This document shows positions 8,526 through 16,686 of a stretch of 56,772 nucleotides of DNA, in pieces; positions within the stretch are counted from its first letter, which is position 1; each line of letters opens with the position of its first letter. The position numbers were made by a program, and so were the translations under genes. The notes beneath the pieces were generated by a model, which searched no databases, had not been told where the DNA came from, and saw nothing but the letters and a program-made list of their open reading frames with translations. Origin of the DNA: a virus (Duplodnaviria; Caudoviricetes). Where the stretch lies: IMG/VR virus record IMGVR_UViG_3300018432_000006, positions 1 to 56,772 of that record. One strand, given 5' to 3'.

Positions 8526-9740
8526 TCAGTGCTCGCTCTCTGCTGTCTCGCGTGCGGTCGTGGGATCGATGGTTGTGCCGATGGTCATGTCTCGTCGAGG
8601 TGTTCCGGCGGGGAGCTTGGCGCGAGCGGCCTGGAAGGCAGCGCGCCCCGTCCCCGTGGCACGGGCGGCGTGGGCGGCCTGCGCGGCGATGACCTGGTGC
8701 GCGCCGGCCCCCGGAGTCTCGATGCCCGCGAGGACGTGGCATGACGGGCAGCGCCGGATGTACTCCGTCCCGTCTTCCTCGTGCCCGGTGACCATGCGCG
8801 TGTTCCGGTCGCACCGGCCGCACCACTCCAGCTTGCCCAGACGGGGCGTGGCAGGGGCGTGCGGGCCCGCGAGCGCCGTGGTGCCGCTCTCGGACGCACG
8901 CCACTGCGTCAGGCGCTCTGAGAGCAGCCCGGAGCCGTGCAGGCTGACGATGAGCCCGTCGGGGTTCGTGGCCCCGGTGGCGTCGACGAGCCATGCCCGG
9001 AACCGCTGGGCTTCGTCGGGGTTGAGCATCATGGCGTCAAGGATGTCGGCGGGGTTCCTGGTCTGGCGAGCGCCGCCGGCGCGCGGAGCGTCGCCGTGAT
9101 CCCCCGCAGCAGGGGCAGCGCCGGGCGCGCTCGCGTTACGGGTCTGGGCGTTGCTGCTCGATGTCTCCACCGGGTCAGGGGCAGTAGACGCGCGGAGCGC
9201 GTCACTGCCTTCTGTGATGGGTGTTCGGGATAGGTCTTCTAATGGGACTGGGTTACCGGGACCCGGATAACCGGGTCCCGGAAACCCGGTTTCGGTGAGT
9301 TCCGGGTCCGGGTTGACCGGATCCGGGAAACCCGGTTCCGGTGCCTGGTCGTCTATCAGGTTGTCGTTGTCGTCGACGCGCACGGGGACGCCACCCTTGG
9401 GATAGCGCTTGAAATCTTCAGCCCACTGCGCGATGGGGTAATCAGCTACAGCGGTGCCCATCTTGAATTTGCCCGATGGCTTGCGGCGGCGCTCGACGCG
9501 GTAGTACCCGGCGGCTGCCAGCTCGCGGAGCGCGGCGGCGACAGCGTCGGCGCCTTCCTTGCGGCGCCGCCCCAGGTCCTTCGTCCGGACCACCCATCCC
9601 TCTTCGTGGGAGAGCAGTTCGGTCAGGATGCCCAGCGCTCGATACGAGATCCGGGTGTCGCGCACGGTCTGGTTCGTGATCTGCACGTAGTGGGTGCGCG
9701 TGACCTTGCGCAGTCCGCCGTCGGTTGCAGATTCATGCAT
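8526..9740 (-). CDS. Replication initiator (wHTH N-terminus, iteron-encoded linker, C-terminal Zn finger)
   Basis: ITNQTVRDTRISYRALGIL..LLS...W...G..AV..AL.EL...GY signature; WCGRC...CPSCH; GGGAG RBS before MHES. Confidence 0.82.
   Translation of the reverse strand: MHESATDGGLRKVTRTHYVQITNQTVRDTRISYRALGILTELLSHEEGWVVRTKDLGRRRKEGADAVAAALRELAAAGYYRVERRRKPSGKFKMGTAVADYPIAQWAEDFKRYPKGGVPVRVDDNDNLIDDQAPEPGFPDPVNPDPELTETGFPGPGYPGPGNPVPLEDLSRTPITEGSDALRASTAPDPVETSSSNAQTRNASAPGAAPAAGDHGDAPRAGGARQTRNPADILDAMMLNPDEAQRFRAWLVDATGATNPDGLIVSLHGSGLLSERLTQWRASESGTTALAGPHAPATPRLGKLEWCGRCDRNTRMVTGHEEDGTEYIRRCPSCHVLAGIETPGAGAHQVIAAQAAHAARATGTGRAAFQAARAKLPAGTPRRDMTIGTTIDPTTARETAESEH
9252..9341. repeat. Six imperfect 15-bp tandem units inside the rep gene; putative origin iterons
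   Basis: CCGGAACCGGGTTTC-like units encoding PEPGFPDPVNPDP...PGPGN. Confidence 0.65.
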
Positions 9741-9953
9741 GTCGATACTCCCGTCTTCGGGAGTGACGTGGTCCGCGAATGTCCGGTATTGTCGTAGCCG
9801 GAACGTCCGCGAGTGCCGCATTCACTCGTGGTTCTGGGGCCGTCCCTCTGCCAGGGGGGACGGCCCTTTCTGTTGCCCGGAGCATATCCCATATGTCCGT
9901 CCGTGCCTGGTAGGCCGAACCCGCCTGGTGCGGGTGATGTTCCAGCGGCCTAC

Positions 9954-10065
9954 GTTCTGACATGCGCAACACTACAGGTGCGGACGACACGCCGCAACGC
10001 GCCGCCGAAACCGGATAGGGGTTGACGTTCTGACGTGCGTGACGCTACGGTGCAACCGTCAGAAC
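9954..10065. promoter_or_regulatory. Divergent promoter pair with three box copies
   Basis: Leftward TTGCGG-17-TAGTGT plus box 9954-9970; box 10027-10043; rightward TTGACG-18-TACGGT plus CGTCAGAAC 10057-10065. Confidence 0.75.
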
Positions 10066-10092
10066 CAAACCGACACCGGGAGTGAACCAACC

Positions 10093-11169
10093 ATGAACCG
10101 AACCAACCGGCCCATGCCGAAGGCGTCAACCGTCCTCGCGGTGATCGTCGCCGGCATCGCCACCTTCAACGCCTACCAGGCCATGGTGGCGTTCGCCGTC
10201 GACATGCTCGGCATGAGCGAGGGCAACGCGTACGCCACCGCGGGTGTGTTCGAGCTGTCCCTGTTCACCGTCGCTGTCCTCGCCCGTGAGGCCGCGAAGG
10301 ACAACCGCCCGAACGGCGTGCTGCTCACCCTGACATGGGTGCTCTCCGGCGCCTCCGGTGGCTTCGCCGCCATGCATGAGTACGAGCTGGGGCACGGCAT
10401 CGGCCCCATCCTGTTTCGGCTCTCCGTCGCGGTGCTCGCCGCCCTGATGTGGCACCTGGCCCTGATCGGTGAGCGGCACCTCGCCACCGGCACCACGTGG
10501 GCAGACGCACGCCGCCTACGCGCCATGCAGGCCATGTTCGAGGCCGCAGAGGACGCACTGCGCATCGGCCCCGACGGCCGCAAGGGTCGTCGCACCGCCG
10601 CCCGGTTCCGCCGCGCACGCTCCCGCGCCCGCCGCGTCTCCCCGCCGGCCGTGATGATCCACCAGACGCAGCAGTGGGACGCCGCGAGCGCCGCCGAGAC
10701 GGCAACCATCCTCACCGCCCGTGACAACCACCTCCGCCAGATGGCGGCGTTCACCAACCGTCAGCTCGACGCACCGGCCCCGGCCCCGGCAACCAGCTCG
10801 ACGCCGGCAACCACCATCGAGCCGACGGCGCCCGCCCCGGTTGCCATGGTTCGCCCCGCCCCGGTTCCGGTTGCTGTCCCGGTTGCCGTTCCGGTTTACG
10901 CCCAGACGGCCGCGAGCGTCACGGACACCACGACCCGCGTCACGGTTGCCGTCGACGGCAACCGGAAGTGCCTGGGCTGTGGCACCCCGCTCCCGGCGAA
11001 CGCGTCACCGCGTGCCAAGTACTGCGTGAAGAAGCACGAGGATGGCACGCGTGACCGCTCGTGCATGAACAAGCACCGCGCCGCCATCGAGCGCCAGCGG
11101 TCGCAGCGGGCCACGCTCGCCGCTACGGTGGACGCGATGACCATGCAGCCGCGGGCAGCGTTCGCATAG
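10093..11169 (+). CDS. DUF2637/Spd-like membrane protein with C-terminal Zn finger
   Basis: Four TM segments with ELSLF..A..AR, W and AALMWHL pattern of actinomycete plasmid/AICE spread-type proteins; CLGC..YC..SC tail. Confidence 0.65.
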   Translation: MNRTNRPMPKASTVLAVIVAGIATFNAYQAMVAFAVDMLGMSEGNAYATAGVFELSLFTVAVLAREAAKDNRPNGVLLTLTWVLSGASGGFAAMHEYELGHGIGPILFRLSVAVLAALMWHLALIGERHLATGTTWADARRLRAMQAMFEAAEDALRIGPDGRKGRRTAARFRRARSRARRVSPPAVMIHQTQQWDAASAAETATILTARDNHLRQMAAFTNRQLDAPAPAPATSSTPATTIEPTAPAPVAMVRPAPVPVAVPVAVPVYAQTAASVTDTTTRVTVAVDGNRKCLGCGTPLPANASPRAKYCVKKHEDGTRDRSCMNKHRAAIERQRSQRATLAATVDAMTMQPRAAFA

Positions 11170-11179
11170 ACTGACCGCC

Positions 11180-11221
11180 GAGAGAGCCCCACCGATTCCA
11201 GCGAAGCGGTGGGGCTCTCTC
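11180..11221. terminator. Hairpin between convergent genes
   Basis: GAGAGAGCCCCACCG / CGGTGGGGCTCTCTC. Confidence 0.75.
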
Positions 11222-11231
11222 GTGTCCGGGA

Positions 11232-11501
11232 TCAGAGCGTCGGTGGCCCGGGTCGGTACGCGGTTCCCATGCCGCCCGTGATGAGCGCGACGACAACCAG
11301 GATGCGGTTCGAGGTCTGGAAGATCTGTTCCGCGTAGTCGGGCAACCAGATGATCGCTACCTCCGCCGCCAACCACGTCAGCACGCCGACGACGACGCCG
11401 GCGGGGTACACCCACGCGCGCAGGCGATGGGGGATCAGGTCACCCACGTTCACCTGCGGTAACGGGTTCCTGGTTGGGTTCGTGTTCGGTTCGTCGCCCA
11501 T
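11232..11501 (-). CDS. Putative holin
   Basis: 89 aa, two TM helices, RAWVY motif typical of actinophage holins; leaderless-type start. Confidence 0.55.
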   Translation of the reverse strand: MGDEPNTNPTRNPLPQVNVGDLIPHRLRAWVYPAGVVVGVLTWLAAEVAIIWLPDYAEQIFQTSNRILVVVALITGGMGTAYRPGPPTL

Positions 11502-11553
11502 GGTTGAAGCGTCGCATCGGTTGGTTGGTTCGTCGGGTTCCTCGGTTGGTTGG

Positions 11554-11597
11554 TTGCGTCGTGTCGCTCACGTGTGTATGGTTACGCATGTCAGAAC
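11554..11597 (+). promoter_or_regulatory. Promoter with 17-bp box
   Basis: TTGCGT-17-TATGGT; GTTACGCATGTCAGAAC at 11581-11597. Confidence 0.82.
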
Positions 11598-11619
11598 GGA
11601 ACGAACCACGGAGGACACC

Positions 11620-11859
11620 ATGAGCACCAACCGCCCCGCCCGCCCCGACATCGTCATCTACGCGCAGAGCATGGTTACCGCGCAGGCAACCACCCTCACC
11701 CGGGCCTCGCGCAAGCTGATCAACCAGTGGGCCGACGCCGTCGAGACTCACCGGCTCGCCCGTGGCGAGGACGCGGAGCTTGCCCGCCCGGAGCGGTTCA
11801 GCGTTCCGGTGGTCGACCGCGCCAACGTCACCATCGGCCACGTGACCTACGAAATCTGA
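11620..11859 (+). CDS. Hypothetical early protein
   Basis: GGAGGACACC-ATG. Confidence 0.75.
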   Translation: MSTNRPARPDIVIYAQSMVTAQATTLTRASRKLINQWADAVETHRLARGEDAELARPERFSVPVVDRANVTIGHVTYEI

Positions 11860-11870
11860 ACCGAGAAACC

Positions 11871-11897
11871 AGCCCCCTGCCGAACCGGCGGGGGGCT
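11871..11897 (+). terminator. Hairpin
   Basis: AGCCCCC...GGGGGCT after stop. Confidence 0.5.
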
Positions 11898-11924
11898 CTC
11901 TCGTGCCCGGGTTCGGTTGGTTGG

Positions 11925-11968
11925 TTGCAACCGCTCCGGTAACCGTGTATGGTTACGCATGTCAGAAC
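11925..11968 (+). promoter_or_regulatory. Promoter with 17-bp box
   Basis: TTGCAA-17-TATGGT; box at 11952-11968. Confidence 0.82.
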
Positions 11969-11989
11969 AGAACGAACCAGGGAGACACC

Positions 11990-12601
11990 ATGCGCACCAT
12001 CACCCGCACCACGAACCCCAACGGGACCTACCGCTACGAGATCGACGGCGACGTCATCTACAAGGCCAGCAAGGTTCTCTACACCCACGCGTCGAGCTAC
12101 ACCGTCGGAGAGACCAGCTCGCCGGTTCTGTTCCACAAGACGGAGGCCGCTGCCAGCCGCGCGCGCGGTTACCAGGGATGGGTCAAGACGGGCATGCAGG
12201 CCATCGAGGACGGCGACGCAGCCGCCACCGCTGACGCCGATGACGCGGCCTCGGACGGTCCCCGCCTGCGTGGTACGAAGGTCGAGTACCGGCACGCGGC
12301 CACGGGCCAGTGGCGTCCCGCCACGGTGACCGGGTACCGCGCCCACCAGGACACCTACATTCTCGCCACGGACCACGGCAGCGACGCCGCCGTTGCCGGG
12401 GACGTGCGCACGCCGAAGCCGCTGAAGGTGCCCCGCGTCCGCGCGAAGGTCGTGGCCAACGCCGGCCCGTCTCACCTCCGCGGCCGGCAGGGTCGCGTCG
12501 AGAGCAAGGGGCGGGGCGACGACGGCGAGCTGTATGTCACCGTCGAGTTCGACCCCGGTGTCACGTGGCCGTTCCTGGTTTCGGAACTGACCCTGGTTTG
12601 A
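11990..12601 (+). CDS. Hypothetical early protein with SH3/KOW-like segments
   Basis: GGAGACACC-ATG; GRQGRVE..YVTVEFD. Confidence 0.75.
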   Translation: MRTITRTTNPNGTYRYEIDGDVIYKASKVLYTHASSYTVGETSSPVLFHKTEAAASRARGYQGWVKTGMQAIEDGDAAATADADDAASDGPRLRGTKVEYRHAATGQWRPATVTGYRAHQDTYILATDHGSDAAVAGDVRTPKPLKVPRVRAKVVANAGPSHLRGRQGRVESKGRGDDGELYVTVEFDPGVTWPFLVSELTLV

Positions 12602-12612
12602 GAACCAACCAA

Positions 12613-12649
12613 CCAACCGGCTCCCGCCAACCAGGCGGGGGCCGGTTGG
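12613..12649 (+). terminator. Hairpin terminator
   Basis: CCAACCGGCTCCCGCC / GGCGGGGGCCGGTTGG followed by TTTT. Confidence 0.65.
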
Positions 12650-12663
12650 GTTTTGCCTGGTGG

Positions 12664-12707
12664 TTGCACCGTAGCCGTCACGCGTGTAACGTTGCGCATG
12701 TCAGAAC
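12664..12707 (+). promoter_or_regulatory. Promoter with 17-bp box
   Basis: TTGCAC-17-TAACGT; GTTGCGCATGTCAGAAC at 12691-12707. Confidence 0.8.
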
Positions 12708-12730
12708 ACGCAGGACACCGGGAGCGAACC

Positions 12731-12940
12731 ATGTACGCAGCAACCCTCACCATCGACGGAGCAACCACCGCGCTCACCGGAACCGTCGACGAGGTAACCG
12801 AGTGGTTGGCAACCAACCACGACGGTTGGGACATCGACGGCATTCTGTCCGCCATGCTCACCGTCATCACCTACGGCAACACGCTGGGCGACGTCGTCAC
12901 CAGCTCTGGCCGGTTCCAGGTCCGGGAGGCCACCGCATGA
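12731..12940 (+). CDS. Hypothetical early protein
   Basis: GGGAG RBS, MYAATL. Confidence 0.7.
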   Translation: MYAATLTIDGATTALTGTVDEVTEWLATNHDGWDIDGILSAMLTVITYGNTLGDVVTSSGRFQVREATA

Positions 12941-13083
12941 CCGACAGCATCTTTTTCCTCGGCGTCGCGCTGCTGTTCGGCTACTACTGGATAGCCGCTC
13001 CGAACGCCACGTACAAGCAGCGCCTGAACCGCGCGTTCATCATGGCCATCGTCATCGGGCTCTGCGTCGCGTCGTTCTTCTAG
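12937..13083 (+). CDS. Small two-TM membrane protein
   Basis: GGAGG RBS, ATGA overlap. Confidence 0.65.
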   Translation: MTDSIFFLGVALLFGYYWIAAPNATYKQRLNRAFIMAIVIGLCVASFF

Positions 13084-13109
13084 ACCACCCACCACACGAG
13101 AGGAACACC

Positions 13110-13238
13110 ATGGCCACGCCGAAGAACTGCGGCAACTGCGGCAAGCAGCTCGACCCGGACGAGGGGGTCGGAAAGCTGCCAGGCACCGACATCGTCGTGT
13201 GCGGCACCTGCTACCGCAGCATCAAGAATCCGAACTGA
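13110..13238 (+). CDS. 42-aa Zn-finger protein (not in ORF track)
   Basis: GAGGA RBS; CGNC and CGTC. Confidence 0.7.
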   Translation: MATPKNCGNCGKQLDPDEGVGKLPGTDIVVCGTCYRSIKNPN

Positions 13239-13288
13239 CCTGCGATACTGGCCACGTTCCTAGCAGAACATCGGCATCTCGTTGGGCC

Positions 13289-13332
13289 TGAAACAGGGGT
13301 GACACACCACCAGGTGTGTCACCCCTGTTTCA
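13289..13332. repeat. Perfect 20-bp inverted repeat with 4-nt loop
   Basis: TGAAACAGGGGTGACACACC-ACCA-GGTGTGTCACCCCTGTTTCA. Confidence 0.9.
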
Positions 13333-13451
13333 TGCCCTGCGGCAGCCCACGAGCCCCGCAACAGCGCCGATGCGTCACCGTGTCACCGAACACGCGAAAG
13401 GCCCCCACAGACGCTCTCAGAGCGCCCATGGGGGCCATCCCCCCGTGCCGG

Positions 13452-13898
13452 CTACCGGTACTCGTTCACCTGCCACGCCGGGATGTCCAGCGAGCGCCAC
13501 AGCTCGATCATCTCGGGCTTGTCGTCGAGCGCGAGAACCACGTCATAGACGTCGCGGATGTGCTCGTCATAGATCTCACGCTTGATCACGACATCAGGCC
13601 GGAAGTCGCCATCCTTCCGCATGAGCAGCAGCCCCGAACGGCCATCGATGGTGTGCGACGTGCGCTCGTAGATCCACTGCTGCGTGGCCTCTCGACCGGC
13701 CTCCGTGCGCCCAGAGACGAACAGCACCGTCTCAACGATCGCAGTTGCGTACAGAGCGTTCACTACCCGATCAACGGCGCTGTCGACGTCGTCCTCGTGC
13801 AGCCGCTTTTCGTACCCCTCTCCGTACCAGGGCCGGCCGCTGTTGTTGCGCGCGATAGTCCCGTCGATGTCGACGATCATCGCCCGGATGCCGGTCAC
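13452..13898 (-). CDS. HAD-family phosphatase (polynucleotide 3'-phosphatase-like)
   Basis: DIDGT, VSGR, MR..GDFRPD..IK and DD motifs. Confidence 0.88.
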   Translation of the reverse strand: MTGIRAMIVDIDGTIARNNSGRPWYGEGYEKRLHEDDVDSAVDRVVNALYATAIVETVLFVSGRTEAGREATQQWIYERTSHTIDGRSGLLLMRKDGDFRPDVVIKREIYDEHIRDVYDVVLALDDKPEMIELWRSLDIPAWQVNEYR

Positions 13899-14422
13899 AG
13901 CTCGGCACCGCTCGTGACGGCCGCAGCCGTCGCCGGCCCTTCCATGTGCAGCGTGTACGTGTTCGCCTGCGTCACACCAGGGCGACGCGTCGTGATCGCA
14001 CCCATGTCCCGCAGCACCGCCAGGTGCCGGCTGATCGTCCGCGGCTCCGTGTCCATCGTCTCCGCGAGCTGCTGCACGCTGATCGTCACCTCATCGTTCC
14101 TGTCCGCGTGCAGCGCGAGCACGCTGAACGTCCACAGCGGCGCGGCGCGGTAGGTGGTCCAGTCGGTTCGCAGGATGAGCCACGCGGGGATGGTTGCCTT
14201 CGTCTTGCGGGTCATGGTTGGTTCCTTCGGTTCGGGGGTTGGTTGGTGAGTCGGGCATAGGTCACGGTGGTCGACGTGATCCCAGCCAAGTTCGCGAGCC
14301 GTCGCACGAGCCGCAGCCGCCGTGTTGCCGTCAACCGAAGTAGTACGGCAGTCGCGCACGTCGCAAGCGAGACGCGTGAAGCCTCGCTGTGTGCGCGTGC
14401 TGCGGGTTCGCTCTGCGCTCAT
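13895..14422 (-). CDS. Zn-finger plus winged-HTH DNA-binding protein (second in-frame start at 14215)
   Basis: CDVRDC...GW..DLCPTH then ISVQQLAETM...RTISRHLAVL...GAI...NTYTL. Confidence 0.7.
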   Translation of the reverse strand: MSAERTRSTRTQRGFTRLACDVRDCRTTSVDGNTAAAARATARELGWDHVDHRDLCPTHQPTPEPKEPTMTRKTKATIPAWLILRTDWTTYRAAPLWTFSVLALHADRNDEVTISVQQLAETMDTEPRTISRHLAVLRDMGAITTRRPGVTQANTYTLHMEGPATAAAVTSGAEL

Positions 14423-14507
14423 GGCCGCTCTCTCGGTTCGGGGGGTGGCTGGTTGACGCGATGAACCGGCGCCGCACCCTGGTTGGTTGCGACGCCGGTT
14501 GGTTGGT

Positions 14508-15137
14508 TCAGTGGGTTCGCCAGTAGGTCTTTGCGACGCGTGCCGCCAGAGCGTGAAGCGCCCGCGACTCGACGGTGCGAGCACCGTGAAACAGATCCGG
14601 GTACTTCGTGTGATCGCCGTCAGTCATAGTCCACCGGGCGCCTTCCATCTTCGTCAGGACCAGGGTGGACCACGCGCCATCGACATTGGAGTCCAGGTGG
14701 TACGTGGTGCCCGCCGGGACGCGGGTGGTAGACACGGGCTCGATGTCCGCTTGGAAGTCGAGGGCGCCGGCCTTGCATGCGCCGCAGCTCGACGCGTCGT
14801 GCGGGGCGACGCGGTCACCCTTGCACTGTGTGCCGTAGGCGCCCGGCTGCGTCATGCCGGGGACGTGGTGACCGCCGGCGAATACGGCGCAGTAGCAGCG
14901 ACCCGGGTGGTACGTCGGCACGGCAGCCGCAGCGGCTGCTACCCGCGCCTTGTGCTCGCGGATGGCCTGCCGGGCGAGCGGCCCGGTCGAGGCGACGGCG
15001 TGCACGCCGTCAATCAGGTAGTCGTGCAGCGGTAGGACCATCTGGGCGCTGTTCAGGAACTGGCTCGTCTGCACGATGTCGGCGTCGGCGTGGTCGGTGG
15101 CGAAGCTGACCTGCTGGCGGTTGCGCGTGATGATCAC
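14508..15137 (-). CDS. Hypothetical early protein
   Basis: GGGAGACACC-GTG after a boxed promoter. Confidence 0.7.
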   Translation of the reverse strand: MIITRNRQQVSFATDHADADIVQTSQFLNSAQMVLPLHDYLIDGVHAVASTGPLARQAIREHKARVAAAAAAVPTYHPGRCYCAVFAGGHHVPGMTQPGAYGTQCKGDRVAPHDASSCGACKAGALDFQADIEPVSTTRVPAGTTYHLDSNVDGAWSTLVLTKMEGARWTMTDGDHTKYPDLFHGARTVESRALHALAARVAKTYWRTH

Positions 15138-15158
15138 GGTGTCTCCCTTGTCTGTTCC

Positions 15159-15268
15159 GTTCTGACATGCGTAACAGTACATGCGTGCCTTCGACGAGTC
15201 AACGCGGCCGATTCGGCGGGAGGTTTGACATGCGTGACGCTACGGCGTAGCGTTAGGCACGTCAGAAC
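15159..15268. promoter_or_regulatory. Divergent promoter pair with three box copies
   Basis: Leftward TTGACT-17-TACTGT plus box 15159-15175; box-like 15223-15238 over rightward TTGACA-17-TAGCGT; box 15252-15268. Confidence 0.8.
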
Positions 15269-15291
15269 GGAACGACGCCGAAAGGACCCAA

Positions 15292-15396
15292 ATGGCTACC
15301 AACACGTTCGACTTCGACGAGTTCGAGCGGTGGGCCGACACCGTGAACGCCGACGGCGACGAGCTGTCCGAGTTCTTCACCACCGGTCGCAACTGA
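15292..15396 (+). CDS. 34-aa acidic protein (not in ORF track)
   Basis: AAAGGA RBS; MATNTFDFDEFERWADTVNADGDELSEFFTTGRN. Confidence 0.65.
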   Translation: MATNTFDFDEFERWADTVNADGDELSEFFTTGRN

Positions 15397-15454
15397 CCAT
15401 CCCCGCCCCGGGCCAACCGGCCCGGGGCACGACACCACCGAAGGGAACGACACC

Positions 15455-15628
15455 ATGGCCGGACTTGGCTGGGGAGAGCGAGACAACACCACGAAGGCGG
15501 AGCGCGCCGCCGCGAAGGCACGGGCCGAAGAGCAGATGGCCCAGCAGCGCGGCGAGAGCACCGACAGCGCCGACGAGACCGACGCCGACGCGACGCCGCG
15601 CCACCGCCGCGCACGCCGCCCCAACTGA
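15455..15628 (+). CDS. 57-aa hypothetical protein (not in ORF track)
   Basis: AAGGGA RBS; flanked by hairpins 15405-15428 and 15644-15686. Confidence 0.6.
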   Translation: MAGLGWGERDNTTKAERAAAKARAEEQMAQQRGESTDSADETDADATPRHRRARRPN

Positions 15629-15710
15629 CCTACCCCACAGACACGGCCCCGTGCCAGCCTTGCGGATACGCGCTGGCACGGGGCCGGCACCATCGAGAGA
15701 GGCGCACACC

Positions 15711-15848
15711 ATGGCAACGGTGCAGATCGTCTACACGAACGGCCGCAGGGGGAAAGCGTTCGAGACGTTCGACCCGAAGGTCATAGCCCGCTACCAGGGC
15801 TACGCGATCACGGACCCGAACATAGAGCGCGTCGAGGTAGACGAGTGA
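15711..15848 (+). CDS. Hypothetical protein
   Basis: GAGG RBS, MATVQIVY. Confidence 0.65.
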   Translation: MATVQIVYTNGRRGKAFETFDPKVIARYQGYAITDPNIERVEVDE

Positions 15849-16048
15849 CCGGGGGCGTACGCGACCAGCGCCTGAAGCCCTGCGCCGACGGCTGCGGCAC
15901 CATGACGCACGGCAAACGCTGCATGGCGTGCTTCAAGAAGATCCCCGCCCGGAGCCGCGCCGGCTCGTTCGGCAGGTTCCAGCTCAAGCGCAGCCACCTA
16001 CAGACCGACCTACCACCCATCGACGACGACGAGAGCGAGGAACACTGA
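15845..16048 (+). CDS. Small Cys-rich protein
   Basis: CADGC and CMAC; coupled. Confidence 0.6.
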   Translation: MTGGVRDQRLKPCADGCGTMTHGKRCMACFKKIPARSRAGSFGRFQLKRSHLQTDLPPIDDDESEEH

Positions 16049-16176
16049 TGCTCTGCGATTTCTGCGGCAAGTCCCGCAACGCGTACAACCACGACTGGTG
16101 CAGCCCCGAAGCGGAGGCGCAGGCCGAAGTCGACATGGCCGACGACCCCGGACCCGACGCACCGGAGCACCTGTGA
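16048..16176 (+). CDS. Small Zn-finger protein
   Basis: CDFC...H.WC; TGATG overlap. Confidence 0.6.
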   Translation: MLCDFCGKSRNAYNHDWCSPEAEAQAEVDMADDPGPDAPEHL

Positions 16177-16478
16177 ACGCCGACGCCTTATGGCCGCTGA
16201 TCGCGGCCTACGGCGCCGGCGTTTGCGTGTTCTCCGTCGTCGGGTTCCTCGAATGGGCGATGTCCTACGCCGAGATGCGTCGCATCGACCGCGACGACTG
16301 GTCCCACGGCGAGCCCTGGCAGCGCGAGCACCAACACCACGCACTCGACCGCGAGCGCACCAGCATCGACCACGCGTTCACGATCATCCGGTGGTCGCCC
16401 GCATGGCCCCTACTGGTCGTTGGCGTGCTCGTGCGCATGGCCACCCGACGACGGAAGGCACGCGCCACCCATGACTGA
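16173..16478 (+). CDS. Small membrane protein, SPxWP family copy 2
   Basis: YGAG TM; WSPAWPLL. Confidence 0.7.
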   Translation: MNADALWPLIAAYGAGVCVFSVVGFLEWAMSYAEMRRIDRDDWSHGEPWQREHQHHALDRERTSIDHAFTIIRWSPAWPLLVVGVLVRMATRRRKARATHD

Positions 16479-16686
16479 CTACCCCCGCAAGTGGGAAGAC
16501 CTGACACCCGAGCAGCAGGCGGCAGTGACGGAGTTCTGGCAGCAGCTCGCGGAGAACATGCGGAACCTCAGGGAGGCGTTCGCCAACATCGTCACCGCGT
16601 GCGCCGAAGCGGTACGCAGCATCGAGGCCGTCGAGTGGCAGAGTCCTGGGGACACCAACGAACCAGACCCCGGAGACTCGCCATGA
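16471..16686 (+). CDS. Hypothetical protein
   Basis: MTDYPRKWEDLTPEQQ; coupled. Confidence 0.65.
   Translation: MTDYPRKWEDLTPEQQAAVTEFWQQLAENMRNLREAFANIVTACAEAVRSIEAVEWQSPGDTNEPDPGDSP

Noticed and set aside
9260-9308. GACCCGGA 8-mers matching a Streptomyces TraB recognition repeat
   Set aside because: Only two copies, on opposite strands, inside Pro/Gly-coding iterons; expected by chance
11554-12707. 17-bp boxes as a CRISPR array
   Set aside because: Spacing is hundreds of bp with genes in between, and there are no cas genes
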